DNA of 64,000 bases from Spirochaetota bacterium (GTDB taxonomy: Bacteria > Spirochaetota > UBA4802 > UBA5550), in NCBI GenBank assembly GCA_036821145.1, contig DAISJZ010000001.1:87636-151635 (forward strand), read 5' to 3'. The notes under the pieces are model-generated. The model saw nothing but the letters and a program-made list of their open reading frames with translations, ran no database searches and had not been told where the DNA came from. Of this stretch, positions 48,160 through 57,661 are shown one piece after another; the stretch's first letter is position 1; each line of letters begins with the position of its first letter. The position numbers and the translations under genes were made by a program.

Positions 48160-49935
48160 TTACCTGGTTTTCAGGGAACCCCTGGTATAAATATAGTTAG
48201 ACAGCTTTTCTTTTTCACGTCTTAAGATTTCAATCTCGGCGAGATACTCAAGCCTGTCACCGCCTGACTGTTTGATTTTTTCTGCATAATCGGAAATTTT
48301 ATTTTCTATTGTGTGCAATTTTAAGTTAACATAAATTTCTGTATAAGCGGCTTTTGGATCTTCAACTGATGTTTCTCTTTGTATAATCCTGCTCAAAAAG
48401 TCCATTTCCAATCCTTTTTGAAAAAAGTCAAATATTTTATCAGGATTAAAAACATTTTCATTATTATATAATTCGGCAATTACCCTGTAAATATTTGCAG
48501 AAACAGGATCTTTTATTTCATTAATTGAAAAATCTATCAGAAAATCACCTGCAAGTTCAGGATAATGCATAACAAGCTCAATAAGTTCCCTGTATATTCT
48601 CACATCAAAAGGGAGAGACTCACTTTTAATGTTTTTCTTTCTCCCGGTTAATGTATTTTTTTCAAAATAGCTGTTAAAATCAATCCTGAGAGCCTCTTCG
48701 TCTATATCAAGCATTTCACTAATTTTCTTCAGATATAAACTCCTTTCAGAAGCCATACTTATCTTTCTGATAACATCAAAAAGTTCTTTAAGGAGTCTCA
48801 TTCTATCTTTACCCCTGCCCCGCTCTATCGCGAGATTTATCTGAAAATCAAAAGGGTTAACAGCCTTATCTATAACAATCATCATCTCCCTGACACCTTT
48901 TTTCATAATATAATCAAAGGGATCATCCTGCGGAAGAACGGCGATTTTGATATTTACATTAAAAAGCTCAGATGTTTCAATAGATTTCAGAGCTGCATTA
49001 ATTCCTGCTGAATCTGAATCAAACAGCATTATAATCTCATTGCAAAGCTGGGAGAGTATCTTTATATGATTTTCTGTCAGGGCAGTCCCCAGGGGAGCCA
49101 CAACATTTTTTATACCATTAATATGGCATCCTATTACATCGAGATATCCCTCAACAATAATTGCTCTGTCCAGTTCCCGTATTTCATTCTGTGCATAATT
49201 AAAACCGTAAAGCACACTCCTTTTCTGAAAAATTTCTGATTCAGGGGAATTCAGGTATTTAGGCTGATCTCTGTCTGTGACAGCTCTGCCGCCGAATGCA
49301 ATGACATTACTGTTTCTGTCAAATATGGGAAAAATTATCCGGTTCCTGAATTTGTCGATAAAATTACCGCTTGTTCTTGCTTTCCCTAAAAGGCCTGTTT
49401 TCTCAGCAAGATCAAGATCCGCACCGTTTTTCTTTAAAGAAAATGCCAGCCTGTCCCATGAATCCGGCGCAAAACCGAGCATAAACGAATCGATTGCCGC
49501 TGAATCGAGTCCCCTGCCTTCAAGATAATTACGGCCGGCTTTACCCGCATCAGCCTTGAGATATGAATTATAAAAATTCATGGCATACCGGTTAATACGG
49601 CGGATCTTTTCAATTGAGCTGTCATTTTTATCGGAGCCGTCCTCACGAAGCTGAATCCCTGCGATATCGGCCGCTCTCCGGACACTTTCTACAAAATCAA
49701 TATTCTCTATTTTAGATATAAACGTGAAAACATTGCCGCCTGTATTACATCCGAAACAATGAAAAATCTGTTTGTCCGGAGAAACAGAAAATGAAGGAGT
49801 TTTCTCTTTATGAAAAGGGCATAAGCCGATATAGTTTTTCCCCTTCTTTTTCAAAGAAGGGATATACTTCATAGCAACATCTTCAATTCTTACACGTTCC
49901 CTGATATACTCTATTGTCTCTTTAGGAATACTCAA
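48160..49935 (-). CDS. dnaG: DNA primase
   Basis: CPFHKEKTPSF...CFGC zinc finger, FRNRIIFPI, KYLNSPES, VEGYLDV, FDSDSAG TOPRIM; TTG start. Confidence 0.98.
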   Translation of the reverse strand: MSIPKETIEYIRERVRIEDVAMKYIPSLKKKGKNYIGLCPFHKEKTPSFSVSPDKQIFHCFGCNTGGNVFTFISKIENIDFVESVRRAADIAGIQLREDGSDKNDSSIEKIRRINRYAMNFYNSYLKADAGKAGRNYLEGRGLDSAAIDSFMLGFAPDSWDRLAFSLKKNGADLDLAEKTGLLGKARTSGNFIDKFRNRIIFPIFDRNSNVIAFGGRAVTDRDQPKYLNSPESEIFQKRSVLYGFNYAQNEIRELDRAIIVEGYLDVIGCHINGIKNVVAPLGTALTENHIKILSQLCNEIIMLFDSDSAGINAALKSIETSELFNVNIKIAVLPQDDPFDYIMKKGVREMMIVIDKAVNPFDFQINLAIERGRGKDRMRLLKELFDVIRKISMASERSLYLKKISEMLDIDEEALRIDFNSYFEKNTLTGRKKNIKSESLPFDVRIYRELIELVMHYPELAGDFLIDFSINEIKDPVSANIYRVIAELYNNENVFNPDKIFDFFQKGLEMDFLSRIIQRETSVEDPKAAYTEIYVNLKLHTIENKISDYAEKIKQSGGDRLEYLAEIEILRREKEKLSNYIYTRGSLKTR

Positions 49936-50163
49936 TTTTCGGGTCCAATAATATTATTCAGATGGAATACAATTATAATATACGTCAATGCGTTGAAATA
50001 GTTATTTTTGGTATACATCGATATGGAGATAGGAATATACTCCATATATTGCTGAGATTGTCAATACCATCAAAATAAATTTTGACAAATTAACAATAAA
50101 AAATAAAAAGTCAGAATTCATATTGTCGATAAATTAATATAATAGAAAATTTCTGAGGTATTT

Positions 50164-51162
50164 ATGAAAAAAGTCGTTATAGTTTTATCTGTAGTTGTTG
50201 CACTTTTCGCTGCCGGCGGAGTTGCAATAAACTATATTAGCGCAAAAGATGTTAAAATTTCACCAACCGTTTCCACCGTTGTTAACGATATTAAAAACTC
50301 TGATAAGAAAGAAGATGTTTTTCCTGAATTCTACAAAGGGATTTACCTTACAGTGGAATCTGCAAATAACATGAATAAACTTAAAGTTTTAGTAGAGAAG
50401 GCTAAGCAGGCCGGCCTGAATTCTCTTGTTATGGATGTGCAGAGTTCCAGGTATGCAAAATGCATTGTACCGGCTGAAAATGTCCAATATGTAAAAGACA
50501 ACGGATTACACCCCATTGCAAGGGTTGTAATATTCCCTGACGGCCTCAAGAACTGGCCTGTAAGCGAGGAATATATTAAAGATAAAATCGATATAGCCGA
50601 AAGTGCCTGTAAAAACGGTTTCAGGGAGATACAGTTTGATTATATCAGGTTTAACGATTCGAGCAGAAACAAACATGTGAAAATACAGGAAAGATATACT
50701 TTTATCGAAGGATTTATCACAAGAACAAAAAATCAGCTTAAACCATATAATGCAAAATTCGCCGCAGATATTTTCGGTAGAATCCCTCTGAATGCGGACG
50801 ATATAATCGGACAGAAAATGGAAAGCATGGACAAAGTCGTGGATATTATATGCCCTATGGCTTATCCTTCCCATTATACATGGAGCAAAAAACTGATGAA
50901 AGATCCATACTTTACTGTTTTAAAAACATCACAAAGAGCTAAAGAGCGGGCAAAAAACGCACAGATTGTTTCATGGATACAGGCATTCAAAATGAAACTT
51001 TACGATATGCCTTATGACAAATATATAAATGAGCAGATAAAAGCAGTGCATGATTCCGGAATTAACGGATATTTTCTCTGGAACGCGAGACAGGATTATA
51101 ATGTACCTTTCCAGGTTGTTAAATCATTCTATAAAAATAATTCTGATCTTGCAAAAAACTGA
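50164..51162 (+). CDS. Putative glycoside hydrolase (DUF4015-like TIM barrel), membrane-anchored or exported
   Basis: N-terminal signal/TM, KGIYL, IARVVIF.D, EIQFDYIRF, GQ......VDIICPMAYPSHY, WIQAF. Confidence 0.75.
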   Translation: MKKVVIVLSVVVALFAAGGVAINYISAKDVKISPTVSTVVNDIKNSDKKEDVFPEFYKGIYLTVESANNMNKLKVLVEKAKQAGLNSLVMDVQSSRYAKCIVPAENVQYVKDNGLHPIARVVIFPDGLKNWPVSEEYIKDKIDIAESACKNGFREIQFDYIRFNDSSRNKHVKIQERYTFIEGFITRTKNQLKPYNAKFAADIFGRIPLNADDIIGQKMESMDKVVDIICPMAYPSHYTWSKKLMKDPYFTVLKTSQRAKERAKNAQIVSWIQAFKMKLYDMPYDKYINEQIKAVHDSGINGYFLWNARQDYNVPFQVVKSFYKNNSDLAKN

Positions 51163-51180
51163 AAAACATTTATAACCGGC

Positions 51181-51214
51181 AAAAAGAGCTCCGTCTGATG
51201 CGGAGCTCTTTTTT
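51181..51214. terminator. Bidirectional intrinsic terminator
   Basis: AAAAAGAGCTCCG-TCTGATG-CGGAGCTCTTTTTT between convergent genes. Confidence 0.88.
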
Positions 51215-51271
51215 ATTTATCAGTGAATAATTGTTCTGTTTCTAATTGATCCATTTAGAAGGAAACGTTCA

Positions 51272-51721
51272 CTATTCTTTTATTACGGTATAACGGGATG
51301 TTCCGTATTTTGATGATTCAACATTCACCCTGCTTATCTTACCTGCTTCAATAGTTATATAGATAAAATCCGGTTTCGGCTGGTAGAGATTATTCAGTTT
51401 TATATATCTTCCCTGTGATTCATCAAGAATCCATTTTTCAATTTTAACAAGATGTCTGTCAGGAGTCAATTTCGCTTCAAATATTTTTTTCTGCGATTCA
51501 AGGCCTATAGTAGTTCTCCCTGATTCCGCTTTATCAATAAATACTTCATAATATGATCTCCTGTCATTTTCAGGGAGATCGATATCGGTATCATAAAGAG
51601 TGAGCGAAAAATTATATTTCTGTTCCGGCATGATTTTGATTACATCTTTTTTACTGCATGAAAAAACGATTGAAACGATCGGTATTATAAGCAGTAAAGC
51701 TGCGTTTATTCGCCTCTTCAT
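51272..51721 (-). CDS. Hypothetical lipoprotein
   Basis: MKRR plus hydrophobic core plus IVFSC lipobox; overlaps the stop of the upstream gene. Confidence 0.75.
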   Translation of the reverse strand: MKRRINAALLLIIPIVSIVFSCSKKDVIKIMPEQKYNFSLTLYDTDIDLPENDRRSYYEVFIDKAESGRTTIGLESQKKIFEAKLTPDRHLVKIEKWILDESQGRYIKLNNLYQPKPDFIYITIEAGKISRVNVESSKYGTSRYTVIKE

Positions 51722-53274
51722 TTAATCTCCTCAACAGTTAGAGTATAATAGTTTTCAAAATCAGGATTAATGGTTTCAACAATTAAGTATCCTTTTTTAT
51801 CAAATAATTCCTGAAACGATACACCTTCACCATTTGCAATTGTTTTAGTCTTTATTATATATCCCATCTGATCTGTTGTTGACAGCCGGATTGTACCGGA
51901 TTTCGGGGCGGTTGCGTCAATTTTAAACTTAATCCTCTCACCGGTTTTAATAAGATAATAATCCTTATCATTTTTAAATGAAGTAAATCCGGATATCGAT
52001 TTACTCAGTTTATTTGATTCCTTCAATGTATTATTTGGTTCAGTTTCAAAATCGCCTTCAGGTTCAAAAGGTTCAAAATTAAGCCTGTATGAAAAATCGG
52101 ATGAAACAGGTCTGACAGAGCTGATTAAAATATATACACCATTCCCGGTAAAGAACGAAGGTATAGTCTCATCACTACCTGCACCGCCGTTATTGGCTTC
52201 AAAAAGTTTCACTTTTTCAGAAGAATATAGAGCAATTATACCATCAAGTTCAGGATCGCAATGCAGTTTAACTTTTGCATAACCATGATCTATCTCATTA
52301 TAGAAAAAATAATCCTGATCACCGGAATAATTAATTTTTCCTGCTACCATACCGTTTGAAATCTTTCCGGAGTTTTCAAAACTGTTGTTGGGTTCAAGCT
52401 CACTTCCGCTGTCATGTAAATTTGTCCTGAAAGTAAGTTCATATGTTTCACGATGATTACACTGATATGATTTAGATGCTACCATAATATAATAGGTACC
52501 TGTAGTTTTGATACCGAATCCTGTAATGGCCTCTGCGCTCCCGGGGCCTGAATTATCGGCAGAAACAAGCTCCTTCATTTCGGAATTATAGATTACAATT
52601 ACAGAATCAACTCCATTAACACCCGTAAGTATCAGATCAACAATAACAGGGTTTTCTTCACCTGCGATTATATCAGTTCTGAACCAGTCTTCCTCCCTGT
52701 ATGGAGATAAAGTATTTTCATTCATTATATTTTTTGATGGAGAGAAATATCCGGAGATGGATTCTCCGTTATTAATTATTACAGCATTTTCAGGTTTGTC
52801 GTTAGGCTCTTTCTCATCTTTTAATGCTGATCTGGATGATATCCTGAGTGTGTATCTGTTTTCAGTATTCCCCTTTTTTACATCCCTGCTTCCGTGTGTA
52901 ATAAGTATTATATAATCGCCCGGTTTGAGAAAAAGATTAGCCATCTCTTCTGCAGAGGATTTTCTGTTATCATCAACTGATTTTAGAGGAAAGAGACTTC
53001 CCGATTCAAGCCTCCATACCTGGAAAGCGTGATTAACCCCTTTCACGCCTGTAAGCTCAATACGGATTACCTGTTCCTCATCAATTTTCAGGAGATAATT
53101 ATCAACGTCATTTTCTGAATCGAGGAGTCCTGTGCAATCTTTCCCTGTTTCAATCAGCGTGGCAGTAGAAATTGTATTATTCGGTTCAATTTCTTCGTTA
53201 TTATATTTTTTCCCGCATGAGAAAATAGTAAGCAGAGCTAAAACGATAAAAATTGACTTTTTTGATATTAACAT
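51718..53274 (-). CDS. Lipoprotein of four tandem PPC-like (pre-peptidase C-terminal) beta domains
   Basis: TIFSC lipobox; repeats begin EIEPNN, EKEPND, ELEPNN, ETEPNN, each followed by a G....D.D.Y/W/F motif. Confidence 0.75.
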   Translation of the reverse strand: MLISKKSIFIVLALLTIFSCGKKYNNEEIEPNNTISTATLIETGKDCTGLLDSENDVDNYLLKIDEEQVIRIELTGVKGVNHAFQVWRLESGSLFPLKSVDDNRKSSAEEMANLFLKPGDYIILITHGSRDVKKGNTENRYTLRISSRSALKDEKEPNDKPENAVIINNGESISGYFSPSKNIMNENTLSPYREEDWFRTDIIAGEENPVIVDLILTGVNGVDSVIVIYNSEMKELVSADNSGPGSAEAITGFGIKTTGTYYIMVASKSYQCNHRETYELTFRTNLHDSGSELEPNNSFENSGKISNGMVAGKINYSGDQDYFFYNEIDHGYAKVKLHCDPELDGIIALYSSEKVKLFEANNGGAGSDETIPSFFTGNGVYILISSVRPVSSDFSYRLNFEPFEPEGDFETEPNNTLKESNKLSKSISGFTSFKNDKDYYLIKTGERIKFKIDATAPKSGTIRLSTTDQMGYIIKTKTIANGEGVSFQELFDKKGYLIVETINPDFENYYTLTVEEIK

Positions 53275-53304
53275 TTTTATTGTCCCTGATATAGCTTTTT
53301 CTGG

Positions 53305-53332
53305 ATAATACCTTTGTATTTTTTTTAGTCAA
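53305..53332 (-). promoter_or_regulatory. Candidate sigma70 promoter for the lipoprotein pair
   Basis: Minus strand TTGACT (53332-53327), 16 nt spacer, TATTAT (53310-53305). Confidence 0.55.
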
Positions 53333-53345
53333 TTATAAAATAGAC

Positions 53346-54497
53346 ATGAACAATAATAGAGATATAATAATTAGGATAGACAACGTTGTTTACGGAGGTT
53401 ACGGCCTCGGGCGTCTTGACGGGAAAATTATTTTTATTGAATCCGCAATACCCGGTGATGTTTTAAAAATAACTCTTAAAGAAGAATATAAAGATTACTC
53501 CACAGCTGTTATTGATAAAATTATTGAACCTTCAACTCAAAGAGTTAAACCGGATTGTCCTGTAGCTGATTTATGCGGAGGCTGTACATATCTCAGCGTC
53601 AGTTATAATACAGAACTCGAATTCAAAAGGTCAATAATCAGGGACCAGCTTAAAAGAGTCGCAAACATACAAGAGGAGAACCTTCCGGAGATAGAAACTG
53701 TTTCAGATAAAAGATACGGTTACAGAAGTCACACAAGATTTAACACCGGGCACGGCATTAAAGGTTTTTTTAAAAAAGGAACTAATGAAATTGTAGAATT
53801 CCCTGACCAGGGATGCCTGCTTCTGTCAGAAGAACTTAACAGGGAAATAAAAAAACTCGAAAAAACAGATATAAAAACTGAAATAAGAGCTGCATCGGAT
53901 ACTGAAGGGAGTGTTATATTCGGTAAAGACAACTTATCTGCTGAAATTATTGAGTCTGCAAATGGCTTATACTATCACAGGGAGATAAACGGTTTTTTTC
54001 AGGCAAATCGTTTTCTCAGGGATAAAATGATTCAGCAGGTAATAGATTTATCATCTACCGATAAAAACAGCACATTCCTTGATATATGTTCAGGCTGTGG
54101 TTTCTTTACACTCCCCATGGCTCAAATATCAAAATATGGTCATGGCTTCGATATCGATTCAGGAAGTATAAACTATGCGAAAAAAAATTCAAAGATAAAC
54201 CGGATTAAAAACGTCAGTTTTTATAAACTCGCTGAATCTGAAATAAAACCTCACCTATACAACCCGGATGTTGTTATAATTGATCCGCCGAGAAGCGGGC
54301 TTTCAAAAAAAGGGAGACGTACTGTTAACGCGATTAATCCCCCATGTATTGTTTATGTTTCCTGCAATCCCTCAACATTCGCCCGGGATTTGAGGGATTT
54401 AATAAAGAACGGTTACAAACTTAACAAACTCATATTCATAGATATGTTTCCATGTACATATCATATTGAAATAATTTCACAACTGGTTAAATTATAA
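53346..54497 (+). CDS. rlmD: RlmD/TrmA family RNA (uracil-5)-methyltransferase with TRAM domain
   Basis: TRAM N-terminus, CPVADLCGGC Fe-S motif, FFQAN, DICSGCG, DPPRSG, YVSCNP, DMFP.T.HIE. Confidence 0.85.
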   Translation: MNNNRDIIIRIDNVVYGGYGLGRLDGKIIFIESAIPGDVLKITLKEEYKDYSTAVIDKIIEPSTQRVKPDCPVADLCGGCTYLSVSYNTELEFKRSIIRDQLKRVANIQEENLPEIETVSDKRYGYRSHTRFNTGHGIKGFFKKGTNEIVEFPDQGCLLLSEELNREIKKLEKTDIKTEIRAASDTEGSVIFGKDNLSAEIIESANGLYYHREINGFFQANRFLRDKMIQQVIDLSSTDKNSTFLDICSGCGFFTLPMAQISKYGHGFDIDSGSINYAKKNSKINRIKNVSFYKLAESEIKPHLYNPDVVIIDPPRSGLSKKGRRTVNAINPPCIVYVSCNPSTFARDLRDLIKNGYKLNKLIFIDMFPCTYHIEIISQLVKL

Positions 54498-54950
54498 ATG
54501 CCCGTAAAGCATAAGATTAATTAATCTCGCAACAAAATAAGAACCCACAAGCAGGAAGAACGGGAATGAAGCAATAATTGCAAGAAACTCCTTCGGCTTA
54601 ACAATACCTGGTTCATAAACCTTTTTCCCGAAAAAATTTATACTGTAAAACTCCGGGTCCTTTGTTCTTCTGTATATCCTTAACATAATGTTTATTTTTA
54701 AAATGATAATAAAAAAAAGAATTATTCCGGATACTATCCATAAAATGAATTTCAGATTTATACTGTACACATCTCCAGGATTTGTCATCGCGGTTATACT
54801 GATGAGTACCATAAGGACAGTATTGATTATAAATGTACCCAGGAGAGCTTTAAAATAGTTCTCAGACTTATTTGAAAGATAGAGAGCAATGAGAAGAAAC
54901 TGGAAGCAGAAGGCAAAAGCCAGTGTTATCAATAATAGTGTAATCAGCAT
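54492..54950 (-). CDS. Hypothetical membrane protein (about four TMs)
   Basis: Hydrophobic helices flanking a soluble PEFYSINFFGKKVYE loop. Confidence 0.75.
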   Translation of the reverse strand: MLITLLLITLAFAFCFQFLLIALYLSNKSENYFKALLGTFIINTVLMVLISITAMTNPGDVYSINLKFILWIVSGIILFFIIILKINIMLRIYRRTKDPEFYSINFFGKKVYEPGIVKPKEFLAIIASFPFFLLVGSYFVARLINLMLYGHL

Positions 54951-55023
54951 TTCTTTATAACCGGTCTAATTACTTACCACAAAGCGTACCGGTTGTCAAG
55001 AAAACTATTATTAAGCTTACCTT

Positions 55024-56076
55024 CTATTGCAATCTTTTCAGCAATTCAAGTGCTTCCCTGTTCCCGGGATCTCCTTCAACCGCCTTTTTCGCATAGAAAA
55101 GTGCCAGCTTTGTTTTATTATTCCTTATATAATAATTTGCCATTCTGAGATTAGCCTTTGGATGAAGAGGCTGAAGCTCCAGCACCTTTTGATACCTGTC
55201 ACGGGCATCCTCTTCTCTTCCATTACCCGACTGCAGCCCTCTGTAGTAAAACTCTGCAAGGAGAAAGTTGACATCAATTGAAGAAGAATTAATCCTCAGA
55301 GCTTCCCGGCAGTAACCTATCCCTTCCTGCCTGAATTTAACTCTGTTTGCAGGGATATTATAATTATCATAAGTTTCTATAAATCGTATTTCAGCAAGAG
55401 CTTTGAGCAGCATAAATTTGTCTTCGTTATCATAGAGCCTGTCTTTATACTTATATGCTTTATATAATTCAGCATAAGCGAAGTTATAAACCATGTCTTT
55501 ATAATATACTAAACCAAGTCCGAGGTGCGGAGCCGGGTCACCGGGATCGCTTTCAATAGCTTTTTTATAATGAGCAATAGCTTTGCCGTTATCACCAATA
55601 CGTGTAAAATAATCACCCCGTGATTTTTCGACATAGGAATCATTCTTCCCTGAATCCATTGTCAACTGAACTACGCGATAACCCGCATTACTCAATTTAA
55701 AATTTCCATAACCGATAAGCATGTCACCGAATGTTTTATTATTGAACAGATATTTTACTTCCAGCTTCGATACAACAATATTATTCGGATCAATGACATA
55801 CATATGGTTTGCCGGAAATACTTTTTCCGATGTAAAAAGTCTCACAGTTGCTTTTGTTTTTTCATGAGAAATTTCTGATAGATCATTCTCTGCCAGTTCC
55901 TCGCTGGATGACAGGGACAACACCTTCCCCATAATCATTGCATCTCTTCCTGCTTTATCGTTATGATTAAAAAAAATCTTTGTTTTCGTGGTACTTTGTT
56001 CATACCTATAGAGAGCATAAACGCTTCCATGTGAAACAAAAAAAATTATAATGGATGCAATAAACAGTTTTTTCAT
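55024..56076 (-). CDS. Exported TPR protein
   Basis: Signal peptide, beta-rich N-domain, then TPRs (AIAHYKKAIESDP, PHLGLGLVY, YQKVLELQP). Confidence 0.8.
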   Translation of the reverse strand: MKKLFIASIIIFFVSHGSVYALYRYEQSTTKTKIFFNHNDKAGRDAMIMGKVLSLSSSEELAENDLSEISHEKTKATVRLFTSEKVFPANHMYVIDPNNIVVSKLEVKYLFNNKTFGDMLIGYGNFKLSNAGYRVVQLTMDSGKNDSYVEKSRGDYFTRIGDNGKAIAHYKKAIESDPGDPAPHLGLGLVYYKDMVYNFAYAELYKAYKYKDRLYDNEDKFMLLKALAEIRFIETYDNYNIPANRVKFRQEGIGYCREALRINSSSIDVNFLLAEFYYRGLQSGNGREEDARDRYQKVLELQPLHPKANLRMANYYIRNNKTKLALFYAKKAVEGDPGNREALELLKRLQ

Positions 56077-56078
56077 AT

Positions 56079-57206
56079 CTATTTCAATATCCTGGATGGA
56101 TTTAGAGGTACAATTCCTTTTCGAATTTCAAAATGAAGATGAGCCCCGGTTACAGCACCTGTTTTTCCGGACTGAGCTATCTTCTGACCTTTTTTAACAT
56201 TTTCATCAACCTCTACAAGAAGTTTGCTGTTATGAGCGTATACTGTAATATAGTTATTTTTATGCTGTATTACAATGAGGTTCCCGTAAGCCTCTTTCCA
56301 GCCGCTGAAAATAACTTTCCCGTCACCTGCGGATCTGACAGATGTACCAACTTCAGCCCCTATATCAAGGCCGCAATGGAATGATTTTTTACCGGAAAAA
56401 GGATGTTTCCGATAGCCGAAACCTGAAGTTATCGGACCTTTTAAAGGCCAGGAGAGGCGCAGTTTCTGGTCTTTATTACCTGATAATTCCGCAGCAATTT
56501 CTTTTTCTTTTCTTTCTGTTTTTGCTGACTTCCTGCTCTTTTCAAGGGCAATGGCTTCTCTTTTTTCAGATTTGTTTCTATACTTCCGTACCGGTAAAGG
56601 TTCTTTCTTTTCTTCAGCTCCCGGAATAAAAATAGACCGGCCTGCAATAATTTTTTTGCCGTCAATATTATTATGTTCAGCAATTTTTTCAATATCTGTA
56701 TTATACCTGTCTGCAATAGAGGTTAAAGTATCCCCCCTCTTTATTTTATAATTAACACCTGCCCTTGAAGGAATAAAAAGTATTTCATTTTCCCTGATTA
56801 TCCCTTTTGATGAAATATTATTTATCGATAAAATTACTGATGGAGAGATGCCGTTTCTTTTTGCAATCTTCCATACGCTGTCATTCTTTTTAACCCTGTA
56901 TTCGATGAGATGCCATCTGCTGTCTTTCCTCTTTAAATCATTCAAAATATTTGTATTTGCAGATTTATTTTTGTTTTTATTATCTGGAGAAGAAATAAGA
57001 TCACTGAATGTATCATCAAAAATTATCTCTCCGGATAATGATTCACTTGACTCACCTTCAGGATCAGAGGAAGATTCCATCTCAAGATTATTAATAATGT
57101 AGGAGTTTCCGAGGGGATCATTGATATTACCATTGCTTTCAGCAAAGGAAGACACAGATAACATGAGAAACAACAGAAGAATTAAAGCTTCAATATTCAC
57201 TTTCAT
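56079..57206 (-). CDS. LysM / M23 family peptidoglycan metallopeptidase
   Basis: Two LysM repeats (YRVKKNDSVWKIA, YKIKRGDTLTSIA), HCGLD, YAH, HLHFE; start likely ATG 57206. Confidence 0.92.
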   Translation of the reverse strand: MKVNIEALILLLFLMLSVSSFAESNGNINDPLGNSYIINNLEMESSSDPEGESSESLSGEIIFDDTFSDLISSPDNKNKNKSANTNILNDLKRKDSRWHLIEYRVKKNDSVWKIAKRNGISPSVILSINNISSKGIIRENEILFIPSRAGVNYKIKRGDTLTSIADRYNTDIEKIAEHNNIDGKKIIAGRSIFIPGAEEKKEPLPVRKYRNKSEKREAIALEKSRKSAKTERKEKEIAAELSGNKDQKLRLSWPLKGPITSGFGYRKHPFSGKKSFHCGLDIGAEVGTSVRSAGDGKVIFSGWKEAYGNLIVIQHKNNYITVYAHNSKLLVEVDENVKKGQKIAQSGKTGAVTGAHLHFEIRKGIVPLNPSRILK

Positions 57207-57265
57207 ATTTATAAAATCGGAAAAATGAATACAATTCTTTAGAACTGCATTGAGGAATCTATCAA

Positions 57266-57646
57266 TCAATTCCTGTATTTAATTCTCCAGTCGGCACCCT
57301 TTTTTGTCAGATATGACTCAAATTCTTTACAGGAACTGAAATACTCTGTATAGGGGGAATCATAAAACTCACAGTCTCCCTCAGCCCTGCCATGCTCCCT
57401 GCATATTGTTGGCCTTTTGGTGTAAATCCTGCATTTATTATCAGAATCCTGGAATTCACAGGGTGTCCTGAATTCCACATGCCAGTTTTTATCATGATCT
57501 ATAAAAACATTAACGTTCTGATGTGCAAGATACCATCTGATTATATCATAATCTTTTTTGCAGTTGGGTTTATCGATTTCAATCGCCACATATCCGCAGC
57601 ATTTCCCGCCGCATTGGCCGCAGGGAGCTTTATAATCATCTGTCAT
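57266..57646 (-). CDS. YkgJ family cysteine-cluster protein
   Basis: CGQCGGKCC...CEF....CRIYTKRPTICR. Confidence 0.88.
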   Translation of the reverse strand: MTDDYKAPCGQCGGKCCGYVAIEIDKPNCKKDYDIIRWYLAHQNVNVFIDHDKNWHVEFRTPCEFQDSDNKCRIYTKRPTICREHGRAEGDCEFYDSPYTEYFSSCKEFESYLTKKGADWRIKYRN

Positions 57647-57661
57647 ATTATTTCCTTCAAA

